Virus record (IMG/VR): IMGVR_UViG_3300040759_000032 | Location: 32,001-96,000 of that record | Direction: 5' to 3' (one strand) | Length of the DNA: 64,000 nucleotides | Source of the DNA: a virus | In this document: one piece after another, positions 36,344 to 44,436 of the stretch | How positions within the stretch are numbered: position 1 is the stretch's first letter | How the letters are laid out: each line of letters starts with the position of its first letter | Position numbers and translations under genes: made by a program | Notes under the pieces: model-generated | Seen by the model: only the letters and a program-made list of their open reading frames with translations | Databases searched by the model: none | Told to the model about the DNA's origin: nothing

Positions 36344-37108
36344 TCATGATGCCTCCGGATGCTCGGCCATCCACTCCTCGAACTCGCGGAGCTTCTCTTT
36401 GCGGAAGGCCTCGAAGTCGCCGGGATCATCTGCCAGCTCTGCAGGAAGTGCCGCGCCGGAAGGGGGTGCCGGTGCCCCGGTGGCCGGGACGGCGGCCGGC
36501 CACAGAGGCGTCATCACCCGAACTGGAGACGCCGCATCTGGTCCGTCGCGGACCTTGCGCGCGCGAACCGGTACCGGGTCCGACGAGAGGAGCGGATGGT
36601 CCTGTGTTTTTACTAGCTCCTCTGTCTCCTCATACTCCTTAGGCGGACGGTTTCCGTCCGGTGCTCGGTCACATTCCGTCCTATGCTCAGCCACTTTTCG
36701 TCCGGTGCTCGCCATATCCATAGGACGATTTCCGTCCGGTGCAAGCTCAGTCGCGCTCCGCTTGTCCACAGGACGCTTTTCGTCCGGTGCTGGCGCGGTA
36801 AGCCACAGCCGGTACGTCGCCCTGCCGAACCTCTCGCCGCGACCCGACGAGTGCTGCGCGACCGTGATCGCCCCGGCCTCGAATAGCGGCGTGATCGCGC
36901 GCCGGACGGCACGCAGGTCGCTGTCGTCAACGGACGCCTCATCCCGGCCGAGGCAGTGGACGGCGATCGCCTCGTGGCCGAGCCAGAAGCGGGGCTCGTC
37001 GTCTTTGTCCAAGGCCACGAGCGCCATGAACACGAGCACGTTGAGCGCGGTGGGCGGCACCTTGCCACCGTAAAGTCGGAATGCGCCCAGTGCGTTGGAT
37101 GCTCCCAC
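36344..37108 (-). CDS. Second putative replication initiator (wHTH, internal iterons)
   Basis: ALNVLVFMAL...VRRAITPLFEAGAI...YRLWL; APDGNRP repeats. Confidence 0.6.
   Translation of the reverse strand: MGASNALGAFRLYGGKVPPTALNVLVFMALVALDKDDEPRFWLGHEAIAVHCLGRDEASVDDSDLRAVRRAITPLFEAGAITVAQHSSGRGERFGRATYRLWLTAPAPDEKRPVDKRSATELAPDGNRPMDMASTGRKVAEHRTECDRAPDGNRPPKEYEETEELVKTQDHPLLSSDPVPVRARKVRDGPDAASPVRVMTPLWPAAVPATGAPAPPSGAALPAELADDPGDFEAFRKEKLREFEEWMAEHPEAS
36655..36790. repeat. Iteron-like repeats CGTCCGGTGC
   Basis: Copies at 36655, 36699, 36733, 36781; variant CGTCCTATGC at 36677. Confidence 0.7.
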
Positions 37109-37303
37109 GGGGCTACGCTGCCTTAGCCGCAGGACGGCAAGGGGAAATGGCGGGAAGAGCGGGCACTGTCGATTCTCCGTGAACGGGATTCGGATCGGGG
37201 CGCGCCCCCCGGAGCGCCCGCCAGCGCCCCGGAGGTCTGCGCAACCCCTCGGCCTACCTTATGCAGCATAGGTCACTCCGGCCGTCCGCCGCTACAGGCT
37301 CCG

Positions 37304-38167
37304 TCAGGCGTCGTCCGCGTCGCGTCGGCTGAGCCGCGCAAGAGCGGAGTGGATGAGGGCGCTCGCGCCGCGCCCTCCGACGCCAGCCTCGTGCAGCAGC
37401 CCGAACGCCTCGCGGTAGGCCTTGACCTCGTCCGGGTCGCTGAGCCGCTGCTCGCCAGTCAGCGTCTCGACAGACACCAGGTGATCGTCGAAGATGACGA
37501 ACCCGGACATCGGGAAGACCGGCACGAGCGCGCCGAACGGGATGATCCGGAAGTCAAGGGACGGCAGGCCGCCCGCCGTGACGGACAGCAGCCGGTCGAG
37601 CTGCGCGGCCATGGTCGGCGCCGAAACCAGGCGCGTGCTCAGCGCCGCCTCGAGGACGACGATCCGGAACAGCCGCCCCGGCTCGTAGAGGATCTTCTGG
37701 CGTTCCATCTGCGCGCCGACCATGGCGGCGACGCCCGCCTCGTCCTGGCCCCACGTCATCGGGCCGAGGGCCAGGTGGAGGAACTCCGAGGAGTACCGCG
37801 CGGTGCGCAGCTGGCTCGGTATGACCACCGGCTGGAACTTCGCGACGACCTCGGACGCCCTCTCCAGCTGGCCGATGCTCGCCTGCTTGGCCGCGCCGGT
37901 TCCCTGCTGCTTCCACGACGCGTACTCGGCGACCGCCCGCCCGCGCTGGGCCAGGAGCGGCGCAGGGTCGGCGTCCGCGGCCCGCGCCCAGGCGCGCACG
38001 GCGTCCTCGGACGGGAAGATCCCGCCCGTCTCGATCCGAGACACCCGCGACTGCTGCCAGCCGAGGGACTCGGCGAACCTGTTGCCGGAGATGCCCGTGG
38101 CCTCGCGCGCGCTTCTCAGCTGCTCTGCGAGCCTGCGGCGCTCGCGCAGGTGGCTGATGTCCGCCAA
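37304..38167 (-). CDS. XRE HTH with DUF5753-type C-terminal domain
   Basis: LRSAREATGISG...WQQSRVSRIETG; IPSQLRTARY; VETLTGE...EVKAYREAF. Confidence 0.85.
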   Translation of the reverse strand: MADISHLRERRRLAEQLRSAREATGISGNRFAESLGWQQSRVSRIETGGIFPSEDAVRAWARAADADPAPLLAQRGRAVAEYASWKQQGTGAAKQASIGQLERASEVVAKFQPVVIPSQLRTARYSSEFLHLALGPMTWGQDEAGVAAMVGAQMERQKILYEPGRLFRIVVLEAALSTRLVSAPTMAAQLDRLLSVTAGGLPSLDFRIIPFGALVPVFPMSGFVIFDDHLVSVETLTGEQRLSDPDEVKAYREAFGLLHEAGVGGRGASALIHSALARLSRRDADDA

Positions 38168-38186
38168 CAGGTTCCTCCGTAGCTTT

Positions 38187-38735
38187 CTATGACGCGCGCA
38201 GCAGTTGCGGCATGCGCCTGACGTACGCGTCGTACGGCACGGCGTAGTGCAGCGCCGCGTCCCTTGCATAGCAGGCTGCGACGATCTCGGCAGGGTCGTC
38301 GGCGCGGTAGAGCCGGTCAAGCCGGCCGCGGCCGTCGTACTCCATCCGGACCATCGCGCGGCTGTCGAACAGCCAGTAGTCCGCGGTTCCCGTCAGGGCT
38401 GTCGGCGCCTCCCCTGACGGAAGGATGCGGACGTCCTCGCCCGCAGCCTGACTCTGGCCGTAAGCCCAGCCGATCTCGAACCGCAGGTAGTCGCTGAGGG
38501 GCTCGGAGACGACATGGACGCGCTGCATGACCTTGCCGGCGCCCTTGGCGTCGCGCACCCTCTCCAGCCAGCTGCGCCGGCCCGGGTAGATGTCCGGCTC
38601 TTGCCCGGCGAGGAATGACGCCAGCGCCTCAGCCTCGCTGGCCTCGTCGTAAGCGGGCAGGAGCTCAAGGCGGTAGGCGGTGTGCTCGAACCCGTCCAGC
38701 AGCCTGCCGAGCTCCTCGCGGGGGATCTCGCTCAC
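38187..38735 (-). CDS. DUF6879-type protein
   Basis: FEHTAYRLELLPAY; RVHVVSEPLSDYLRFE; AGEDVRI; DYWLFD. Confidence 0.85.
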   Translation of the reverse strand: MSEIPREELGRLLDGFEHTAYRLELLPAYDEASEAEALASFLAGQEPDIYPGRRSWLERVRDAKGAGKVMQRVHVVSEPLSDYLRFEIGWAYGQSQAAGEDVRILPSGEAPTALTGTADYWLFDSRAMVRMEYDGRGRLDRLYRADDPAEIVAACYARDAALHYAVPYDAYVRRMPQLLRAS

Positions 38736-38944
38736 CGGGCGGCCTCCTCGTCGTAGGCGGCCAGGGCGCGCCTGACGACGTCGATGCTGATGCGGCTGGC
38801 GGTCTCCCCCGGCCGCACGTTCTGCAGGGCGGCGAGGTCCGCTGCCGGCCCTTGAACGGTGAACTGGCCGTCTTCGACGTAGACGGCGGGGCAGCCGTCG
38901 TCTCCGCAGCTGCCGTCCTTCGCGAGAAGTCTCGGGTTGGTCAT
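38732..38944 (-). CDS. Small protein usually paired with DUF6879
   Basis: SCGDDGCPAVY...VQG. Confidence 0.7.
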   Translation of the reverse strand: MTNPRLLAKDGSCGDDGCPAVYVEDGQFTVQGPAADLAALQNVRPGETASRISIDVVRRALAAYDEEAAR

Positions 38945-38968
38945 CGCTTCCTCCGGATCGGGTCTCGG

Positions 38969-39068
38969 CTATGCACGCATAGTCAAAACGGCCCCTGACC
39001 TGCTGTCAACTGAGCCCGATCTTTATGCAGCATAAGTCATTGACGAGAAGATCTATGCAGCATAAGAT
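38969..39068. promoter_or_regulatory. Divergent promoter with TATGC-N-GCATA operators
   Basis: TTGACG-N17-TAAGAT (39040-39068); palindromes at ~38970, 39024, 39054; another copy at 37260. Confidence 0.8.
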
Positions 39069-39108
39069 GCCAGCAATGCAGCAAAACAGATCGCAGGAAG
39101 GACTCTTC

Positions 39109-39315
39109 ATGGCGTACGACGTGCGGCTGGCTACCCGGATCACCACCGGGGTAGACCGTCGGCTTCGCATGCTGGCGCTCGTGAAGAGCCAGCCTCTGAG
39201 CCACGTGCTCGTCTCGCTTCTCGATCAGGTGCTCCCGCCCGCCGACGAACTGGCCTCCCAACTCGGGACCGGCCAGCGCGCCGACGCAGCGCTTGAGTCA
39301 GAAGCGGCCGCATGA
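39109..39315 (+). CDS. Ribbon-helix-helix repressor-like protein
   Basis: VRLATRITTGVDRRLRMLAL...LSHVLVSLLDQVLP. Confidence 0.7.
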   Translation: MAYDVRLATRITTGVDRRLRMLALVKSQPLSHVLVSLLDQVLPPADELASQLGTGQRADAALESEAAA

Positions 39316-39683
39316 CCCCCGAACGCAAAGCGGCCCGTCACGGCGATCTCACCGCCGGACGGGCCAGGACCCCCCAATCGCACAACCGATCGGAGCCATC
39401 CGAGATGCCAACCCTAGACCCCGGCTCTCCCCGTATCACTTCCGACCCGTCCGCGTGGGACCTGGACCCGGAGACCGAGGTCCACGTCGCGAGGCTCTTC
39501 CTCGCCGTGATGACCCCCGACGGGCTCCGCGCCCGGATCGCCTCGGGCGTGTGCGGCCTGGAGCACATCAGCATGTTCCGCCGGATCGCCGACGCGATGG
39601 AGTCGCTGCTCGCCGGGGGCTTCGACCCTGAGGCGTTCGCGATGACCGTCCGGGCGTCGGCCCCTGTCCCGGCCGCCGCCTAG
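39312..39683 (+). CDS. Hypothetical protein
   Basis: ATGA coupling; start uncertain. Confidence 0.5.
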   Translation: MTPERKAARHGDLTAGRARTPQSHNRSEPSEMPTLDPGSPRITSDPSAWDLDPETEVHVARLFLAVMTPDGLRARIASGVCGLEHISMFRRIADAMESLLAGGFDPEAFAMTVRASAPVPAAA

Positions 39684-39726
39684 CGGCCCGACTCGCGCAC
39701 CCGAGACCTACTGAAGAGAAAGCCCC

Positions 39727-39849
39727 ATGAAGAAATTCCTCCGCGCCATCCGCGCCAACTGCGACCAGTGCTGGGGGCACGGCGGCTACTGGTACCAGGG
39801 CCACTGGACCCGGTGCGACGCGTGCAACGGTTCGGGGAACGCGTCATGA
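39727..39849 (+). CDS. 40-aa DnaJ-type Zn-finger miniprotein (not in ORF track)
   Basis: MKKFLRAIRANCDQCWGHGGYWYQGHWTRCDACNGSGNAS. Confidence 0.6.
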   Translation: MKKFLRAIRANCDQCWGHGGYWYQGHWTRCDACNGSGNAS

Positions 39850-40013
39850 GCGCCCCCGACACCCCGATCCCTCCCGCCGAGCTCGACCGCTGGGACGCGA
39901 CCATCGCGACCGCCGAGGAGTGCGACAAGGCGGCCGGGGTCACCGACCCGGCCACCGTCAGCGCCCGCTCGGCCTTCGGGCGGTTCGCCGCCGCGAACGG
40001 GAGGAAGCCATGA
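39846..40013 (+). CDS. Small hypothetical protein
   Basis: ATGA coupling. Confidence 0.55.
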   Translation: MSAPDTPIPPAELDRWDATIATAEECDKAAGVTDPATVSARSAFGRFAAANGRKP

Positions 40014-40177
40014 GCGGCCGCCCGTTCGAGGGCTTCACCGACCAGCAACTCTCTGACTACTGCGGCGACGTAGACGCCAGGACGGTCAACGGCGACGGCG
40101 TCGCGTCCGCCGAGTCGGCGATCCGCGCCGGCGAGCGTCGCGTCGCCGAGGTCAACGCCCGCAGGGGGCGGTCATGA
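40010..40177 (+). CDS. Small hypothetical protein
   Basis: ATGA coupling, SD GGAGG. Confidence 0.55.
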   Translation: MSGRPFEGFTDQQLSDYCGDVDARTVNGDGVASAESAIRAGERRVAEVNARRGRS

Positions 40178-40632
40178 GCCGGGGCGCCGTGTCCGCGCCG
40201 CCGCCCGAGGCCATGGAGGGCTTCCGCCATCTGCGCGCGCTCGCCGCCTACTGGAACGGGACGTGGCGCTACCGCCCGGCGGGGGCCGATCTCGATGCCG
40301 CCCTCACCCGTGCCCAGGCCGAGGTCATGTCCGTGCTCGAGCAGGCCGGGGCCGCTGTCGACGCCGCCCGCAAGGTGGCTGCGGCGGCCCGCAGGGACGG
40401 CCCTGACATCCTCGTCGCGCACGTCTACGGCGACAGCATCCCGGAGATGACGGGCGCCGCGCTCATCGAGGCGGCGGCATTGTGGGGGGAGTGGGCGGAA
40501 TCCGAGGTGGAGGGCGTCAGCGACGTCCAGACGAATTGGCGCGGCGCCAGGGGCCGGTTCGAAGCCCGCGTCCGCGTCCGCTGCCTCAACTACGCGGAGA
40601 CCGGGCAGACGGTGCCGGAGGCGGGATCATGA
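40174..40632 (+). CDS. Hypothetical protein
   Basis: ATGA coupling. Confidence 0.6.
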   Translation: MSRGAVSAPPPEAMEGFRHLRALAAYWNGTWRYRPAGADLDAALTRAQAEVMSVLEQAGAAVDAARKVAAAARRDGPDILVAHVYGDSIPEMTGAALIEAAALWGEWAESEVEGVSDVQTNWRGARGRFEARVRVRCLNYAETGQTVPEAGS

Positions 40633-40862
40633 CCGCGCGCGAGGCCGGGGGCACCTTCGCCCTGTGCGCGGCCGTCGCCGCCGTCATCGTGGCGCTCGTC
40701 CTCGGAACCCCTCGGCCAGCCGAGCAGCCTGCGCCCGTGTTCACCCCGGCGGCGTTCTGCCCGTCAGGCCAGCATGCGGTGAAGGTCCGCGACGGGATGC
40801 CCGTGTGCGCGGCAACCGTTAAGCGGACCCCCTTCGATTTTCACCCGGGGCGGTCGTCATGA
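40629..40862 (+). CDS. Small membrane-anchored protein
   Basis: N-terminal TM segment. Confidence 0.55.
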   Translation: MTAREAGGTFALCAAVAAVIVALVLGTPRPAEQPAPVFTPAAFCPSGQHAVKVRDGMPVCAATVKRTPFDFHPGRSS

Positions 40863-41278
40863 CCGCCCGGCAGGGGCGCTCCGCGAGGGCTCCCCGGGTG
40901 ATCGAAGTCCTCGCCTGGCATCCTCCGCGCCCGGGACGGAACCTTCCCGACCGAGTTCAGCCCGACTGGCGGGAAGCGTCGCTGTGCGGGCAGTCCGACG
41001 CGGACGCCTGGTTCCCGGAGAAAGGCGGGTCGGTCCGGGCGGTCAGGCGGATCTGCCGCCGCTGCCCCGTCCGCGCCCTGTGCCTCGCCGAGGGCCTGGC
41101 CGTCGAGGAGCCGTCCGGCGTCTGGGGCGGCCTGACGGCCGGCGAGCTGAGCGAGGAGCGCGAGCGGAACCCGCGGCGCGCCCTCGCCCAGATGATGACC
41201 GAAAGCGACATCCGCGCCTACGCCACAGAGGCCCGCATCGACGCGATGCGGAAGAACCCGAGGGGGCTGGCCGCGTGA
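40859..41278 (+). CDS. whiB: WhiB family transcription factor
   Basis: LCGQSDADAWFPEKGG...ICRRCPVRALCL...GVWGG. Confidence 0.92.
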   Translation: MTARQGRSARAPRVIEVLAWHPPRPGRNLPDRVQPDWREASLCGQSDADAWFPEKGGSVRAVRRICRRCPVRALCLAEGLAVEEPSGVWGGLTAGELSEERERNPRRALAQMMTESDIRAYATEARIDAMRKNPRGLAA

Positions 41279-41538
41279 GCACAGCAGCCTCACGGGGCGC
41301 CTTCGCCGTCCTCGCGCCCTGCCCGGACTGCAAGGGGCGGGGCGGGTTCACGGAGCGGGTCTCCTTCGCCGGCGGCGGGGGCACTCTCACGACCCCGTGC
41401 GGTGCCTGCCGCGGCAGGGGCGAGGTCCGGCATCCGCGCCCGGGACCGCATCAACGGCATGCGCCGCGCCTCGCAGCAGCCGGCCGCCTGAACGTCGAAC
41501 CGCACGGTTCGACCGAGCCCAACCGAAAGAAGAAGCAA

Positions 41539-41775
41539 GTGAAACTCCTGTTCACCGCAGCCGGGGCCGTGCTCGCGGTGCTGGCGCTGACCAGCTCCGC
41601 GTTCGCCCACGCGCACTCCCGCGAGAAGTGGATCGCCGCAGCGCTCATCGTCGGGGTCTCCGCCCTGATCGGCGCCCTGATCGGCTTCGTCGCCTCGCGC
41701 GCCCGCAGGCCGAAGCCGCCTGCGGCCCCGGCGCGACCCGTCTACCCGTTCAGCGGCACCGGCACCCGCCGGTAG
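41539..41775 (+). CDS. Small two-TM membrane protein
   Basis: Hydrophobic segments. Confidence 0.5.
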   Translation: MKLLFTAAGAVLAVLALTSSAFAHAHSREKWIAAALIVGVSALIGALIGFVASRARRPKPPAAPARPVYPFSGTGTRR

Positions 41776-41811
41776 CCCATCCCGCCCGCCCGAGCAGAAG
41801 GAAGACCCAAG

Positions 41812-42075
41812 GTGGCCCGCAGCATCCGCCGAGCCTTCGCGGCCGGCATCGTGATCACGGTGGCGGTGTCGGCGCTGTGGGCGTGGTCGACTGCCCTGAC
41901 CTCGGCCGGGCCTGTCCCGCTCCCGCACCTGACCCGGAACCCGCTGCAGGACTACGCGCAGATGGCGGGGACGGTGACCGGGAGCATCCCGGAGTTCTTC
42001 GCCGTGACCGCCGCCATCTTCGCGGCGTGCTTCACGGTCGCGGGCCTGCACCGCATGAACAGGAAGGATGCGTGA
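41812..42075 (+). CDS. Small two-TM membrane protein
   Basis: Hydrophobic segments, SD AAGGAAG. Confidence 0.6.
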   Translation: MARSIRRAFAAGIVITVAVSALWAWSTALTSAGPVPLPHLTRNPLQDYAQMAGTVTGSIPEFFAVTAAIFAACFTVAGLHRMNRKDA

Positions 42076-42305
42076 TGGCACGCGTCTACAGGAAGCAGGT
42101 CGGCCTGTGCCGACCGGACTGGACCGGCGGCGACGGCCGGGTCTACCGCTCGTACGCGGTCACGTACCTCAGCCGGGGATCCAACTTCGACGGCGTCGAA
42201 GGAGTCAAGTTCGTGGACGTGCCCGTCAAGCCCCCCCGTGGCCGCAAACTCACGGATGCGCAGGCCCGCGCGAAGGCGATCCGCATGGCGGGGAGGCTGC
42301 GCTGA
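42075..42305 (+). CDS. Small basic protein
   Basis: TGATG coupling. Confidence 0.55.
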   Translation: MARVYRKQVGLCRPDWTGGDGRVYRSYAVTYLSRGSNFDGVEGVKFVDVPVKPPRGRKLTDAQARAKAIRMAGRLR

Positions 42306-42589
42306 TGGCCAGAAGGTTCACGGCCGGAGGCCGCACCTACACCGACACCCCCGCCGGGCGCCTGCAGGCCGCCGCGGACAAGGTGAGCGACACGCTGCGG
42401 CTCCGTGGCCACGAAATGATGTACTGGCGCAAGGATGCGCGGGCCGCGCCGCCGTATTTCAGCGCGCGGTGCCGGAAGTGCGGCGCCGGCGTGAAGGTCG
42501 TGGCGGGGAGGCCGCCGGCGAACCTGCCCGGCTACCCGAGCCTCCTCCGCTTCCATCAGGTCCGCTGGTGCCCGGGTCGGCCCCGGTGA
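42305..42589 (+). CDS. Small basic Zn-binding protein
   Basis: TGATG coupling; CRKCG. Confidence 0.55.
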   Translation: MARRFTAGGRTYTDTPAGRLQAAADKVSDTLRLRGHEMMYWRKDARAAPPYFSARCRKCGAGVKVVAGRPPANLPGYPSLLRFHQVRWCPGRPR

Positions 42590-42873
42590 CCGCCGTCCCG
42601 TGCGAGCCGATGCCCGGCCCGATGGGCGCCGTATGGCCGGCCGCGAAGCCGGGCGTCGACTACTGCGGCCCCTACCCGGCCTGCTGCCCGCCCGCCGCCC
42701 GGACCTGGTGGCAGCACCTGCTCGGGTTTTTCAACCCGCACGGCGACTGGTCCCTGATCGCGCTCGAAGCCGGGATGGCCGCCTTTTTCGCCGCGTTCTG
42801 CGTTTTCCTCTTCGGCGGCAACGCGCTGCAGCGTCACTGGCAGCAGGGTCGCGAGAACGGCCGGCGCCGGTGA
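42586..42873 (+). CDS. Small membrane protein
   Basis: GTGA coupling; TM segment. Confidence 0.5.
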   Translation: MTAVPCEPMPGPMGAVWPAAKPGVDYCGPYPACCPPAARTWWQHLLGFFNPHGDWSLIALEAGMAAFFAAFCVFLFGGNALQRHWQQGRENGRRR

Positions 42874-43454
42874 CCGCCTACCGCTGCCGGCCCTCGTCCC
42901 GGTACCGCTACCCGTACCGCCTGCGGAGGCGCAGCACGAGCGGCGAGAAGATCGCCGGGGCCGCGCTCGGCCTGTTCCTCGCGGCGTCGGTCGGCACCCG
43001 CGCCGCCGTCAGCCATCACCACCCGGCCGCCCGCGCGGCAACCGCGAAGACGGTGCCCGCGTCGGCCGCCCCGGTCGCCAGCGGAAGCCAGACGGCGTTC
43101 TGGCGGGCGCTCCTCGCTGACCTCGGCGCGCCCGACGACCAGGCGAACCTCGACGGCCTCGACGCATGGCGGCCCCTTGAGCAGCCCTGGCCCTCCCTCG
43201 CCCGGTGGAACCCCCTCGACTCCATCCTCCCCATGCCGGGGTCATGGGACTACAACACCTTCGACGGGGACCTGCACGTGCAGAGCTACCCGACCGCCGC
43301 AGAGGGCGCGGAAGCCGACGCGCTCACCCTCGAGAACGGCAGCTACCCCCTCATCGTCGCCGCGCTCAGAGCAGGCACCGGCCTGTGCGGCAACCCGAAC
43401 CTCGCCGCCGAGTTCCTCACCTGGTCCGGCGACGGCTACTCAGGAGTGTGCTGA
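42870..43454 (+). CDS. Exported lysozyme-like (peptidoglycan hydrolase-like) protein
   Basis: TM anchor; AW..LE...WNPLD...VQSYP...G....TLENGSY. Confidence 0.55.
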   Translation: MTAYRCRPSSRYRYPYRLRRRSTSGEKIAGAALGLFLAASVGTRAAVSHHHPAARAATAKTVPASAAPVASGSQTAFWRALLADLGAPDDQANLDGLDAWRPLEQPWPSLARWNPLDSILPMPGSWDYNTFDGDLHVQSYPTAAEGAEADALTLENGSYPLIVAALRAGTGLCGNPNLAAEFLTWSGDGYSGVC

Positions 43455-43456
43455 TC

Positions 43457-44398
43457 ATGGGTTTCCTGCTGCCCCTCATCGGATGGCCGGCGGCTGTCGC
43501 CCTGGCCGCGCTGGCCGTGTGGTCTACCTGGGATATCTTCCATGACGAGCTCTGGCGCCGCGCCGCGCAGTGGGTCACCCCGCTGCCGTTCGCGACTGCC
43601 GCCGTCGCGCTCCTGACCGCACTCGGGGCGCTCCCCGCCCTCGACGGCGCCCTCGCGTCGCTCACCCTGGCCGCGCTTACCGCGCTCGCGCTCTGGCGCG
43701 CCCCCGGCACCGCGCGCTACCTTCTGTGGTCATTCCGGAATGACCCGGCGCGCCTCGCCGCCGCCCTCCGGAATGCCGCGCCCCGCCTCGCCGCCGTGTT
43801 CCGCTCGGGCATCGCGCTGACCCGTCGCCGGGCCCCCGCCGACGATGGCCCTGTCCCTCCTGGCGCAGCCCCGGACGGGCCGGGCCCCCGCCGCGCGGTC
43901 CCCGTCCAGCGCCCGCCCGTGGACCCGGGCGACCGCCCCGCCCCGCCGGTACGCGAGGACCCGGCCCTCGGCGACCCCGGCCAGCCCGAGGACATCGCGG
44001 AGGATCTCGCCGCCTCCGGCGTGGCCGTCCCCGCCCACTGGGCCGCCCTCGCCGACCGTATCGCGGCGTTCGAGCCGGCCGACGAGGACGAGCTCCGCGA
44101 CGAGATCGCCGGGGACGCCGCCGGGGCGCTGCACGTCGCCGAGGCGATCCGGGCACGCGCCGACACCCTCCTGACCGTGACCGGCCTCGACCCGGCGTAC
44201 GTCGCCGGGCACGCCGACTTCGCCGACGAGTTCGCCGGCATGGCCCAGGCCGCCGCCCTGGTGCACCGCCGGTTCTACGTCATCTACAACGCGATCCGGG
44301 ACTTCGTCAGCGGCGGCGGGGTCCTCCCGCACCGCGCCCGCGAGTTCTTCGGAGGCGACGGGGCGGCCCCCGCCGGCGACGGCGAGGCCGCGGCCTGA
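43457..44398 (+). CDS. Membrane protein upstream of TraB
   Basis: Three TM segments plus helical C-terminal domain. Confidence 0.65.
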   Translation: MGFLLPLIGWPAAVALAALAVWSTWDIFHDELWRRAAQWVTPLPFATAAVALLTALGALPALDGALASLTLAALTALALWRAPGTARYLLWSFRNDPARLAAALRNAAPRLAAVFRSGIALTRRRAPADDGPVPPGAAPDGPGPRRAVPVQRPPVDPGDRPAPPVREDPALGDPGQPEDIAEDLAASGVAVPAHWAALADRIAAFEPADEDELRDEIAGDAAGALHVAEAIRARADTLLTVTGLDPAYVAGHADFADEFAGMAQAAALVHRRFYVIYNAIRDFVSGGGVLPHRAREFFGGDGAAPAGDGEAAA

Positions 44399-44436
44399 CG
44401 GCGGCCGGCCCCATTCACGCACGGGAAAGGAGCAGG

